60,000 nucleotides of DNA, from NCBI GenBank assembly GCA_013239625.1, contig MU054338.1:6550724-6610723 (forward strand), given 5' to 3'. The DNA is from Lama guanicoe. Lineage: Eukaryota. Positions within the stretch are counted from its first letter, which is position 1. Each line of letters starts with the position of its first letter. The position numbers and the translations under genes are program-made. Of the stretch, positions 46,770-58,197 are shown one piece after another. Below the pieces are notes generated by a model. The model did no database searches. It was not told where the DNA came from and saw only the letters and a program-made list of their open reading frames with translations.

Positions 46770-47993
46770 GGATTTCAGATGCTCCACAGGGCGTCACAAG
46801 GGCTGTTGGCACAGCTCTTCTCTCGGGGGTGGGAGGGGACCCTAGTGAGTGTTGGCCGTGGGGCCCATTGCCCTCCAGCTATGGGGCAACTTCCTCCATC
46901 CTCACTCCAGGCTCTTCCACATGCTGTTCCACTGCCTCAGGACACCTTTATGTCAGAGCTCTCACTCGCCATCCCCACCCCTCTCTGCAAGTCTGGCTTT
47001 TCTCATCCCTCCAACCCCCCCGCCCCCCCATCCACTGAGACGCATCCTCACAGTGTCTAACCTTCCACGTGGCCCACTCGGCCTACAAAATATTTCTTGA
47101 GTCTAGCCACTGCCCTTCGTCCTCCACCCTGGTCCAGGTCCCTCATCATCTCTGGCCTGGACATCTGCCCCAGCCTCCGTGTCTCCCCCTTCCTTGCTAG
47201 ACCCCACCGGGCAGCCACCAGCAGGCGCCTATGAACACATGAGTCAAGGCACACCCTTTCCCCCACAGAAACCTAAGTCCTCCCTGCATTTCACCCAGCC
47301 ATGCGACATCAGCCAGGTCATGTCCCTGCCCTCGTATCATTACCACCACTCCTCACCAACTAACTCCCTCGTTGCTGATCCTTGAGCCCTTGAAGTTTTA
47401 CTGTCAGTGTGACCTTGGGCGACTTAGCCTCAGTGACCCCCTGTGTACAATGAGTAATGTTAGTGCCTTCTTCCCAGGGTGGTGGTGAGTGAGATAATGT
47501 CCGGGCAGGCATAGCACCTGGCACTCAGATGCTCCAAGTGTGGGCCTTGGTACCTCCTGTCCCTCTACCTGGACACCCTTCCCTGCAGTCAGTCCTTTGA
47601 AAAGTTGAAATAGTTGGGCTACAGGAAAGCCTTAAAGAATACTGTAATAAACAAGGACACGTCAGCTTTTAAGATGTGAAATACCAAGGATCCAGTGAAG
47701 CTGACTGCCCGCCTCTGCTGAGGGACACCAACCCCTGACAGCTGCTTGTCACTCTGACCAGAGCTCTGCCACCTCCTCCCAGAGGCCCGCCTTCTGCGTC
47801 ACACCTCACATCCAGCCACAAATCTTCCTCACCTGCCCAGCTATGCCAACCTGTGTATTGTCTCCTTTATGCTGTGAGCACCACCTAGGTACAAACTGAT
47901 CTTTCCTGGTCCTGAGACATTTGCAGAGCTCCTAAGGGGTCCTGGCCATCAGTCAAAGCCAAGGACCTCAGAATGCTCTTGTGCCCAAGCTGA

Positions 47994-48013
47994 TCGCCAC
48001 CAGGGGGCAGTAG
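47994..48013 (+). promoter_or_regulatory. Strong CTCF motif between CDC37 and TYK2
   Basis: TCGCCACCAGGGGGCAGTAG closely matches the CTCF core consensus. Confidence 0.7.
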
Positions 48014-48997
48014 TGAGCTGCAAATCCAGGTGGCATTGCCTAATGCTTTTTATTCGGAGGGAAATGGCAGGTAGGGGATCTAGGGGGATTGGAGGGGCCT
48101 CCTGAGGCCCTGGATAGACCTCACCCACCCAGCGTCCCTCCAGGACCCATTCATGGTGGTCAACTTACTAATTCTTAACTGCAAAAACTGATAGGTAGAT
48201 TCCATATTACTGAGAATTTCCTTTCCCCTCAGGCTTCAATATAATGCAGCACTGTTACTGATGCTTTACATTAAATTTCAATATTTTGTTCATCATAGAT
48301 TTTTTCCCCCATTGTGTGTTTTTTTTAAAATATTGCATTAAAATATTTATCTTGGTTACCGAGTTGGCGCCCTCTTTGCTTTCATGCCTCAACTGCCTCG
48401 CCCTAGCGCAGCCTAGGATTTAAAACATCGAATGATATTAAGAGATACACCGTAGAGTAAGCTCCCTCTCTACCACCCTCCACTGAGCTGGTTCCCTGCC
48501 CCCAACCTTGGGAACCCACTGTCTACGGTTTCCCGTGACTCCTTCCGGGGTTTCTTTCTGTAAGATCAAATATAATCTTACCCCTTCCCTTCCCTTTTAC
48601 AAAGTACGTAGCACACTGTGCACTCTGTGACGCGTCTTGCTTTTTTTCACTGAACCGTGTGGCCCTGCAAATCTTTCCTTATCAGTACATCAGCACTTCC
48701 TCATTCTTTTGACTCTGGTATGTGCGCATCTCAGCATTTATTTCATCAGCATTTTTTTGATTAACACTTGAGGTTCCTTCCCATCCCTACTTTTACAGAC
48801 AATGCTGTGAGAAATACCTTTCTGCACCATTTCCCACCAGTATAGTCATCCTACCTGGAGAGTAAGCTTCCCAAAGCAGGATTGCTGAGTCTTAGGGGCA
48901 AACAGAATTCCACTCAGAAGGGTTTCACTGAACAAAATGTAATGCAGAGCCAGGTTTCAGTCCTGCAAACCAGACAGGAGAACCAACAAATGTTGAG

Positions 48998-49585
48998 TGT
49001 ATTCCTTTTCTATGGCTGGCTGCTGTAACAAATCACCACTTAGTGGTTTCAACACAATGTATTACCTTACAGTTTTGCAGGTCAGAAGTCTGCATGGGTC
49101 TTGCTGTGCTAAATTCAAGGTTTTGGTGGGGCCATGAGCCCTCTGGAGGCTCTGGATCCATTTCCTTGTGGTTTCCAGCTTCTAGGCGCTGCCTGCATTC
49201 CTGGTCGCATGGTCGCCTTCCTCCATCTCCAAAGATGGGAAAGATGAATCAAGTTCTCCTATCACATCCCTCTGACCTCTTTTCCTACCTCCCCCTTCCA
49301 CTTTTGAGGACCTTTGTGATTACCTTCAGCCCACCAGCACTATATATATATATATATATATATGGAACAAATCACAAATTTGCATGTCATCCTTGCACAA
49401 GGGTCATGCTAATCTTCCTTACCGTTCCAGTTTTAGTATATGTGCTGCTAAAGTGAGTGCACTCATCTCCCTGTCTTAAAGGAAGCTAATCATCCTTGAT
49501 TTCTAATTCTCCCTTGCCACACCATAGAACATATTCACAGATGCTGGCAATTAGGACATGGGCATCTTTGGGGCGTTGTTATTCG
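48998..49585. mobile_element. MaLR (MLT1-type) LTR relic interrupted by the U6 retrocopy
   Basis: Typical MLT1 text (ctgctgtaacaaatcaccac...ggtcagaagtc...ccagcttctagg...catattcacag...ttaggacatg). Confidence 0.75.
49360..49460 (-). pseudogene. U6 snRNA retropseudogene, near full length and diverged
   Basis: Reverse complement reads GCACTCACTTTAGCAGCACATATACTAAAACTGGAACGGTAAGGAAGATTAGCATGACCCTTGTGCAAGGATGACATGCAAATTTGTGATTTGTTCCATA; ACAGAGA box lost; sits inside an LTR relic. Confidence 0.92.
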
Positions 49586-51499
49586 GTAAGGTGTCCAGAG
49601 CTAGCAGCAGCAGGGAGCTGTTAATGGGGCTCAAGGGGATGAACCTGCTGACATCTGGAGCCATGAAGACGCTTCTCCCTTGCAGGTTATGTGGCCAAAG
49701 AGAAACAGCCGCTGCCCAACTGTGGTCGGGCAGGGAGAGAGCAGGTGAACAGATATCCTTCATCCATCTCCCACCTCCTGTCTCCTGCCAGCCTTCCCCA
49801 CTGGCAGAACCCACCAGAAGCCAAGGACATGAAAACTAGGTGAAGCAATTTGCTGTCATCGTGGCTATAGAAGGAAACCCTGAATACACAGCTGCTCAGA
49901 GAGAGCAAATATCCTGCCGGGGACCTGAAATTGCTAGGGGTGTGGAGGACAGAGCCTAAAACCAGTTATTCCAGCACCCGATACCCTTTATCTGCTCCAC
50001 TCCCTTCTCCCTGACACTTCAACCTTCTACCAAAACCCACAAAACCTACTTGTTAATATTTATCTGGTTTATGTCAGCTCCCTGAATGCCAGGATTCCTG
50101 TGTTTTGTTCACGGCTAAATCCCCAGGGCTCAGAACACAGCATACAGTAGGCACTCCATAAGTGTTTTTTTTTAATGGAGGTAAAATTTACATACGGAAA
50201 ATTGATCATTTTAACCATTTCAAGGGGTACAATTCAGTGTCGTAAGTACAAGAAACTCTGTACTCAATAAATACTTAACTCCCTGTTCATAAAACATCTG
50301 TAATTTTGTGCCTGGCTGATTTCACCCAGCAGAATGCTTTCCAGCCTCCTTTATGGTGTAGCCTGTGTCAGAATGTCCTTCTTTTTTAAGGCTGATTAAT
50401 ATTCCATTATAGGATACCCCACATTTTGTTTACTTGCTCATTCACCGATAGACACTTGTGTTGCCTCTACCTCTCGTCTATCATGAATAAAGCTGCTATG
50501 AATACAGCTGTGCAAATCTCTCTTTGAGTCCCTGCTTTCTTTGTGTATACACGAAGAAGTGCAATTGGATTATATGGTGATTCTTTTTGAGGAATCACTA
50601 ACCGATAAGCATGTTTTGATCTCAGAAATGAGTTGGATGTCAGGGGCCCGGAAGTGGAGTGAAGACTTGTCCTCAAAACCATTTTGTGCCTTTTCGATTT
50701 GGAACCACATGATTGAATGACTTATTTAAAAATAAATCATCAAAACAAACATTAAAAAGAAAAGAATGGTGGGATAAGGTTGTTTCTTAGAGCCACTGAA
50801 ACCGCAAAATTAGAAATCACGTGATTGTCCAGCCATGGGAGATAAGACAAAGAAATTCTAGCCTATTAATGTGTACAATGCTGCACAATAGAGTAGTGAA
50901 AACAAGTGGAGTGACTCACATCCGTAGAGATGAAATTCATAAACACGTGCTCGTTTGTGAATTGGAAATTCATAAACACAAGCACAGATAAAGTAAGCAA
51001 GTCATAGGGGCCAGCAGATGGATAGGAATTACAAGTTCAAGGACAGCCTTCCCTTCCAAGACTTTACCTGGCTGTTCCCCCTGCCTGGTCCATCTTTCCC
51101 CTGACATCCATGTGGCTCCACCTCGGCTCCCACAAGGTCAGATAGGTGGTCCCAGGCCACGCAATCTCCAATGACATCAGCTCCCTGCTTTGCTTCTATA
51201 TCGTGTCACCATCTGCTACACCATGTATTTGTCCTTGTTTATCCTTGGTCTTGGCTGTCTTCCCATCTAGACTGTCACGCCGTAAGTGCAGGGAATTTTA
51301 TCTGTTCTCTTCCCTCCTGTGTCTCCCTGTTGGGTGGAGGTGGGGGCCTAGAACAGGGCCGAGCACACAGTAGGTGCTCAAGAGATGTGTATCCTCATTG
51401 CTGTAGGGGCTGAAAGGGACAACAGCCACTTTCCTCTGAGGATGAAAATGGGGAATGGAACTCTGAGATCCTCCACGGTACTTATTTTTACTTAAAAAA

Positions 51500-51656
51500 A
51501 TTTTTTTTCACAATTCTTTTTGCACTTTGTTTGTTTTGGGCGGGGGGAGCGAATTAGATTTGTTTGTTTCTTTATTTTTAATGGAAGTCCTGGGGACTGA
51601 ACCCAGGATCTCGTGCACGCTAAGCACACGCTCTACCACTGAGCCATACCCATCCC
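51500..51656 (-). mobile_element. Camelid-type SINE (long form)
   Basis: Reverse-complement head ctctaccactgagccatacc and extended tail. Confidence 0.8.
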
Positions 51657-51719
51657 TCTCTCTGATATTTATGCTGTTTTATTTTTCTACCTGAATGGAT
51701 GACACACAGACAATTTCCT

Positions 51720-52470
51720 TTTTTTTAGATTTTTAAAAAACTGAGAAATAACTGACATATAGCAATATATTAGTTTCAGGTACAACATACCGATTTGCTA
51801 GTGCATACATCGTGAAATGATCACCACGTTAAGTCCAGTTACCATCCATCACCCTCTAGAGTTACAGACATTTTTTTTCTCGTTATGAGAACTTTTAAGA
51901 TCTCTCGTTTTAGCAACTTTCAAACATACAATACGATATTGTTAGTCACCATGCTGTCCACCTCATCCCTGGGACTTATTTATTTTATAACTGGAAGTTT
52001 GTACCTTCTGACCACCTTCATCCATTTCACCAACCTCTCTTCCCCCTGATTTTTCAAAAATCATGGTAAAATATAGATAAGGTAAAATGTCACATTTTAA
52101 CCTTTTTTTTTAAAGAGTAAGAGCAGATTTATTCAGGGAGATACACACTCCTAGACAGAGCGTGGGCCATCTCAGGCGGCAAGAGAGCCCATTTTAACAA
52201 TTTCTAAATTTAAAGTTTATAGGATTAAGTACATTCACATTGTTCTGCAATCATCACACCACCCATCTCCAGAACTTCTCATCTTCCTAAACAGAAACTC
52301 TGTCCCTGTTCAACACCAGCTCCCCATTCCCCCTCCCCGAGCCCCTGGCACCCACCATTCCACTTTCTATCTCCAAGAATTTGACTCCTCTAGGGACCAC
52401 CTATAAAGTGAAATCATAAAATATTTGTCTTGTGTCTGGCTTCTTGCACTTAACAAAATGTTTTCTAGGT
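51720..52470 (-). mobile_element. Antisense L1 3'-end fragments (also about 50160-50600 and 48420-48900)
   Basis: ttagcaactttcaa..., aagtacattcacattgtt..., tctggcttcttgcacttaac. Confidence 0.7.
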
Positions 52471-53606
52471 ACGTTTTGTTTGTTCATTCACCAACTTGAG
52501 TTGTTTCCCATGACTACTTATGAGAATTTTTTAAGGGCCATATGTTCACACACAAAGGTGTGGAACTTCCTTGGAAGGATTCCCAGCGGACCTCATGGCT
52601 GCTTTGGGGAAGGGGCTGACAGTTCCCTGAACTCTCCTATTCAAAAGGACACAAAAGGATTTTGTTTTTTTTAATTTTTCAGCCCTTGGCTTTTCCCTGG
52701 TCTGGTGGGAGCTCTGGGGAGGCTGGTTCCTGCAGGCCTCTCAGAGACTGGGGATTTCCCCAATTCTCACTTCCTCCTGAAAACCCACTGGGGCAGGATG
52801 GCCTGTTGTTCCAATTTGCCCAGGACTATTCCAATTTTAACCTGGAAAGTCCCTTGTCTGGGAACCCCCACTCAGTCCTAGGCAAACCCCTGTGGTTGGT
52901 GGGGTAACCTGGAGCCATCCTTCTGGGACTGGACCCCATCTGTGGTGTAGGCATTCAGGGTGGAGGCCTCAGCCGGCATCCAGGCTGGGAAAATGACAGC
53001 TATTATTAGAATTTATTATGATGACTGGGTTTATTACCACTATTGTTGTTATTTATCACCCCACCTGACATTTCCTATTGGTCCCTCCTGGGTCACAGGC
53101 CCACCCCACCCCCGGTGGTCCAGCCTCCAGGCCCAGCAGAGGCCACCCCACCTCACCCGGGCTGGCTGTTGAAGAATCTGACACACTTGGTTTCCTGCTG
53201 CTACAGATCTAGTGGCAAAGAGGAAGCTGAGGCCGGAAGACTGTGGCCAGCCCTTCTGCAGTGGGGCAGGACAGTAGCCCAGGCCCAGACGTCTCCCCAG
53301 ATCATTCCCTCCATTCTTGGCACCAGTTCCAGGCACTGGAGACACAGTGGAATTGTGTCTCTGCCCTTGAGGAGCTGACATTCTAGAATAGATGTCAAAC
53401 ATTAAAATCAGTGCTCAAAGAAACTTCCAGGAAAATGTTAGATGATCATAACAGCTGTTAAGAAAAATACAGCGGGCAAAGGGGGCAGAGAGAGGGATTT
53501 GCTGATTCAGAGCAAGGAGTTTCTGGGGAGTGGTGAGGCTTTTTTTCTTGGCCTGGGTATTTGGTTTCTTTTATTATTGTTCTTTCTTTAAAACTGGGCC
53601 CACAGG

Positions 53607-53696
53607 GCAGGGTAATAGCTCAGTGGTGGAGCGCATGATAAGCATGCACGAGGTCCTGGGTTCAATCCCAGTAACTCCCCTAAAAAAAGAAAAGAA
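53607..53696 (+). mobile_element. Camelid-type SINE with a perfect 17-bp TSD aaaactgggcccacagg (53590-53606 / 53697-53713)
   Basis: A box, B box, A tail and TSD all visible. Confidence 0.9.
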
Positions 53697-53754
53697 AAAA
53701 CTGGGCCCACAGGTAAAGCTTGTGAAAGTTTTCTTTAAGGTATGGTAAAGGAAA

Positions 53755-54667
53755 TATTTCTCTACTCAACACTTGTGACATTCAATGTATGAGTTTTCCA
53801 CACCAAGAAATTCTCTCTTTTTCAGTGGACACCAACTGGGAATCTTATGGTTCAATTCAGTTTTGACACTACCTGGAGTTGGCGCAAGACCCCACGGGTT
53901 AAGGGCTCAGTCCCACAAGACTGCCTCCCACTTCAGGCATCAATCTTCACCTGTACTTCAGATCAAATAACTATAATAAGGGGATTTCCACTACCCTCTT
54001 CTCAGGTTCAATAATTTGCCATAAAGGCTCATAAAACCTAGAGAAAACTTTACATAGGTTTACTGGTTTTTTATAAAGGAGACAGATGAACAGCCAGATG
54101 AAGAGGTACATAGGGCGAGGTCTGAAGGATCTGAGTGCAGGAGTTCTGACTCCATGAAATGGGAGTGCGCCACCCTCCCAGCACAGAGATGTATTTACCA
54201 ATTCAAAAGCTCTCCAAATCCCGTTGTTTGGGGATTCTATGCAGGCACAGTGGCACAATTGATTAAATCATTAACCACTGGCGATTGAACTCAATCTCTT
54301 GCCCATCTCCCCTCCCCAGATATCAGGGATGGAGGATGAAATATCTAACCAACCACTCTAATCACATGGTTGGTTCCTCAGACAACCAGCTTCCAGCTTT
54401 CAACAGTCACCTCATGTGCCTAAACTCAGGTACAGTTGAACAGGCTTATGATGGAAAAACCAAAGATGTTCCTTTCACCTTCATTACTGCGGAAATTCTA
54501 GGGGTTTTAGGAGTTCTGAGCCAGGAACTGGGGACTAAAGACAAATATGGTAACATGCCGACATCATCTCTTTCATGCAGGAAGTTTCAGGAGTCTTCAA
54601 AGCTCTGTGCCAGCAATTGGGGGTGAAGATCAAATCTCTATTTCTTGTTGTAGCACAATATCGCACA
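53755..54667 (-). mobile_element. MER21-like LTR relic, opposite orientation to the 11.4 kb copy
   Basis: cccacgggttaagggctcagtcccacaagac is close to the reverse complement of the motif at about 12160-12190. Confidence 0.7.
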
Positions 54668-55546
54668 TGGGAGTATTCAGGAGTATTTAGATAAGAGTAT
54701 TTATGGGTTCAAAATTCTCAGGCTGGTCTGTGTCTGCTCAATATCCCCATTCCAAACTTCAGGGACCCACTCCTCCCCCAATCAGTGCCCTTATAACATA
54801 AGAGACCCTTAGGACTGTGCATTTATAATTCTATAACCCATATAATCGGGCTCCGGGTCTGAACACTAATATCTATAAAAGAGAAGAGATTGTGTTCAGA
54901 TAGCAGGGTGGGGGTGGGCGCAGGCAAGGGCAGGAGCCTTGGACCAGGATAAGAGCAACTTGGTTCCAGCAAGTGATGATGAGGATTTGTCCAGGAAGCT
55001 GAGAAGCAGTTATGCTTCATGAACCAGAGGTGGGTGTAAGAGAAATGGGGGTATCAAGATTTCTTTCCTGAGATTTTCTGAAATTTCTCTCCCTTGAGCT
55101 AACCAATATTTCCTTACTTCTCCTGAGTCCTTCCATAGGTGGGCTGAGCAGGCACAAGGAAATATAATACATTCTTTTAATTCCTCTCTCTTATGAAATA
55201 TAGAGATACTCTGAAGATGTCTTCATAGCAGTACAGAGCCTCTCTCTCTTTTATTTCCCCCAGTTGCAAATTATTCCCTTGTCAGGATGAATCACCGTTC
55301 ATTCCCCAATCCCCAAGCTCCCAGCACTCACTACCCTTTAGGTGCCAAGCTAAATCTCAATCTACAACCTTAAGTTGAATCTCCACAGCTTTCCTGTGAA
55401 TAAGAGTCTGGTTTTCCCCACATTTTCTCAGACTCAGAGATGAATAGCCACCGTGCCCTTGACCCTGGCAGTTATAGCTCCAACTCCAGAAATAGACTTG
55501 GCTCTGCCCTTTTGTGTTTTGCGACCTGGGAAAGTTACCCAACGTC

Positions 55547-55957
55547 TGTTAAAGAAAAAAAAATTATTCTGGCACTTGTCAAAATGGTATATGGAAGACT
55601 TTATGCAGGACTATAGCAGTAGGGGGGCTTGCAAAAGGGGAGAGAGTTGGGCTCAACCCTGGATACAACAAAGACAGCTGGGGATAGCTGGCCAAATCAC
55701 AAGAGTCAGGGCGTCCAGGGAGATATATCAAGGGCAGGGAGATTCTTGCTAAACTGACTTAACAGGATTCTTGCTAAAGAGAGGCCAAGGATTTATATAT
55801 TAATGTTATCCATCAGATAACAAGAGTTGGGGGATGACTCAGGATTCTTTGCTCAGACTGGACTGTGCAGACCAAAGACAGGACTGGGGCGAGGGTTAAG
55901 GGGTAGTTGAGAATAGGGCTCAGAGGACTAAAGTTTGGTTAAGGAGAGTCTTTGTCA
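55547..55957. mobile_element. ERV solo-LTR relic (TG...CA) inserted in a MIR
   Basis: Starts tgttaaagaaaaa, ends gtctttgtca; MIR text continues on both sides. Confidence 0.55.
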
Positions 55958-56004
55958 TCTCTCTGTGCTTCAGTTTCTTTCTCTGGGAATTGAGAATAGG
56001 AGCC

Positions 56005-56130
56005 CCGGCGGTGGGGGTGGGAACAGTTCAGTGACAGAGTGAATGGTTAGCATGCACGAGGTCCTGGGTTCAATCTCCAGTACCCCCATTAAAAACAAAC
56101 AAACAAACAAACAAAAACCAAACAAAAAAC
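56005..56130 (+). mobile_element. Camelid-type SINE with an (AAAC)n tail
   Basis: ttagcatgcacgaggtcctgggttcaatctccagtacccccatt. Confidence 0.8.
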
Positions 56131-56539
56131 CAAGAGAACTATTGCTGGAATCAAATGAGATAATTCCTGCAATACGCTCAGCGCATAGCCTTCTCAGTAA
56201 ATCGCAGCGACTTGCTGTGTAGGGATCAGAACTCGGATCAGGTGGGACGTCCAAGCTGCTACCTTGAGAGCAAGGGGGCCTGATAGGACAGGGCTACAGG
56301 TGATCAGGAGAGGGATGTGAGCAAGTGGGCTGGAAATGCCTCCCGGAGGAAAACGGGGTCTCAACAAGCGAAGCAGTGCTGGCCAGGCAGACAGGGAAGA
56401 CAGGCAGGAAGGAATGTAGAGCCATATGGCAGGAGAGTTGGAGGACTGAATGACGGCCGGCTGCAGTCTTGATCGCCGAGATGAGTACCCTGGGCTTGCA
56501 CGAGAGTCAGGTCGGTAAACCTGACTTGGGTCCTCCGAC

Positions 56540-56928
56540 CGCATGGGTTATTAAAGTCGCTGCGCGGCAGGAAGACCACACTCTCCCGCCCCTGGGCTGA
56601 GCGAAAACTGAAGCTGGAACCAATAGGAGAGCCGCCGCTGCAGCGAAAGGGCGGAGCAGGACAGCAGCCAATGAGTGTGCTCTTTTCAGGCGGCCAGTAG
56701 GAGACGGTGTCCCAGCGGCCAACAGGCGGCGGCAGCTGCAGGGTGGTGGGGCGGGGTCCCGGGTTCCGGCCAGAGTTCCTGCGAAAGGGTGAGTCTGGAG
56801 GGGATCGCGAGGGGCCGCGCCTGGAAGGACGCCAGGGAGGATGCGGCCGGCGGGAGGCTCGGGACAGGCTGCTGGTGGCAGGAGGTGGGTAGAAGCGCCC
56901 ACACTGCCTTGGGACTAGTTGATGCCCG
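56540..56928 (+). promoter_or_regulatory. TYK2: TYK2 CpG-island promoter and non-coding exon 1 (candidate donors at 56789 GTGAGT and 56929 GTGGGT)
   Basis: CpG island, GC boxes, CCAAT at 56620 and 56668, IRF-E-like GAAAACTGAAGC near 56603; resembles the recalled human TYK2 leader ending GATGCCCG. Confidence 0.75.
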
Positions 56929-57566
56929 GTGGGTGCACGTCGCGGTTCCTTCCCCTGCCAGAGGGGCTTGCCAGAGGGGTTTGGAGGTTTCAGTGTGTGG
57001 GATGCGGACCTCACTCAGACCCCATCTTCCAACCTGGGTCTGGACCCAGGGGGAACTAGGAAGAAGGAGATGGGCACCCCAAAAGCCCCATCCCCACGAT
57101 CTTATCTAGAGCTTTAGTAAGATAATAATAGTGATTTTAGCTTACTGCATGCCAGGGCCGGGCCCTTTCCCTGCCTCACCTCATTGAATCCTCCCAGCAA
57201 CCCTTTGAGATAGTGACTATTACGTGCCCATTTTCCAAATGAGGAAACAGGCTGAGAGGCGTTGCTTCCTGACGAATCCGACATTGCGCTATTATAACAT
57301 TCTCTTTTCTGCGTCACTGTTTTAAATCAGTAATATCCGTGGAATCGTTGACAGACCCTCCCGGAAGATACTGGGGACCTCAGGAAGCCTGGCCCTTTGA
57401 AAGAGAAAAATCATTGTGATGATAAAGCCAGTAATAAGGACTTCATTCTTGCTCTTCTCCGATGTTATTTTTTCATTCCTGTTATCAAGGTGCTGACCGT
57501 GTAACATGCAAAACTGTGTTGAACCATCACAACCTAATTCACTTTAGTTTAAAAAAAAAGAGTGTA

Positions 57567-57662
57567 GGGAGAGGGAAATGGTTGGGTGGGTGGTAGAGTT
57601 TATGCTTAGCATGTACAAGGTCCTGGTTCAATCCCAAAGAACCTCTGTTTAAAAAAAAAAAA
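57567..57662 (+). mobile_element. Camelid-type SINE (diverged); TSD aaaaaga(g/a)tgtag
   Basis: tggtagagtttatgcttagcatgtacaaggtcctggttcaatcc. Confidence 0.75.
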
Positions 57663-57670
57663 GAATGTAG

Positions 57671-58055
57671 AAAAAAATTCATAACTACAATAATCTGTTT
57701 TAGTTACACGATATAAAAAACATGTAAATTATAATAACAGCAGTAATCAAAATGTGAAGTGGAGGAAAATTAAAAAGTGTAAAGTTTCCAAATTCCTTTG
57801 AAGTGAAGCTGTTATCAGTTTAAAATAGGGTGTTATAAGTGTAAGGTATTTTATGAGAATGTATGTAATTTCTCATAAAATACCTTACACTTATAATATT
57901 AAACTTAGGGTAACCACGAGGGGAAAATCCTGTAGTAATTACATCAAAACACAAAGCCAGACAGCAGAATAGGAAACGAGGAACAACGGATCTGCAAAAC
58001 AACCAGAAAACAACAAAATGGCAATGGTAAGTCCTTACCTGTCTGCAATATGGTA
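57671..58055 (+). mobile_element. L1 inter-ORF/ORF2-start fragment
   Basis: aagtgaagctgttatcagtttaaaatag...aaaacaaccagaaaa...aaaatggcaatggtaagtccttacct. Confidence 0.7.
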
Positions 58056-58107
58056 ACAGTGGTGCATAATTCACTCACAGCTTTAGTTTAAAAGTTAAAA
58101 AAAGGTG

Positions 58108-58197
58108 GAGGGGGGGTTATAGCTCAGTGGTAGAGCATGCACTTAGCATGCGGGAGGTCCTTGGTTCAATTCCTAATACCTCCATTTAAAAAAAAAA
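58108..58197 (+). mobile_element. Camelid-type SINE
   Basis: ttatagctcagtggtagagcatgcacttagcatgcgggaggtccttggttcaattcc. Confidence 0.85.

Noticed and set aside
49360..49460. Functional U6 gene
   Set aside because: ACAGAGA box destroyed, many substitutions, embedded in an LTR, and no recognisable U6 promoter
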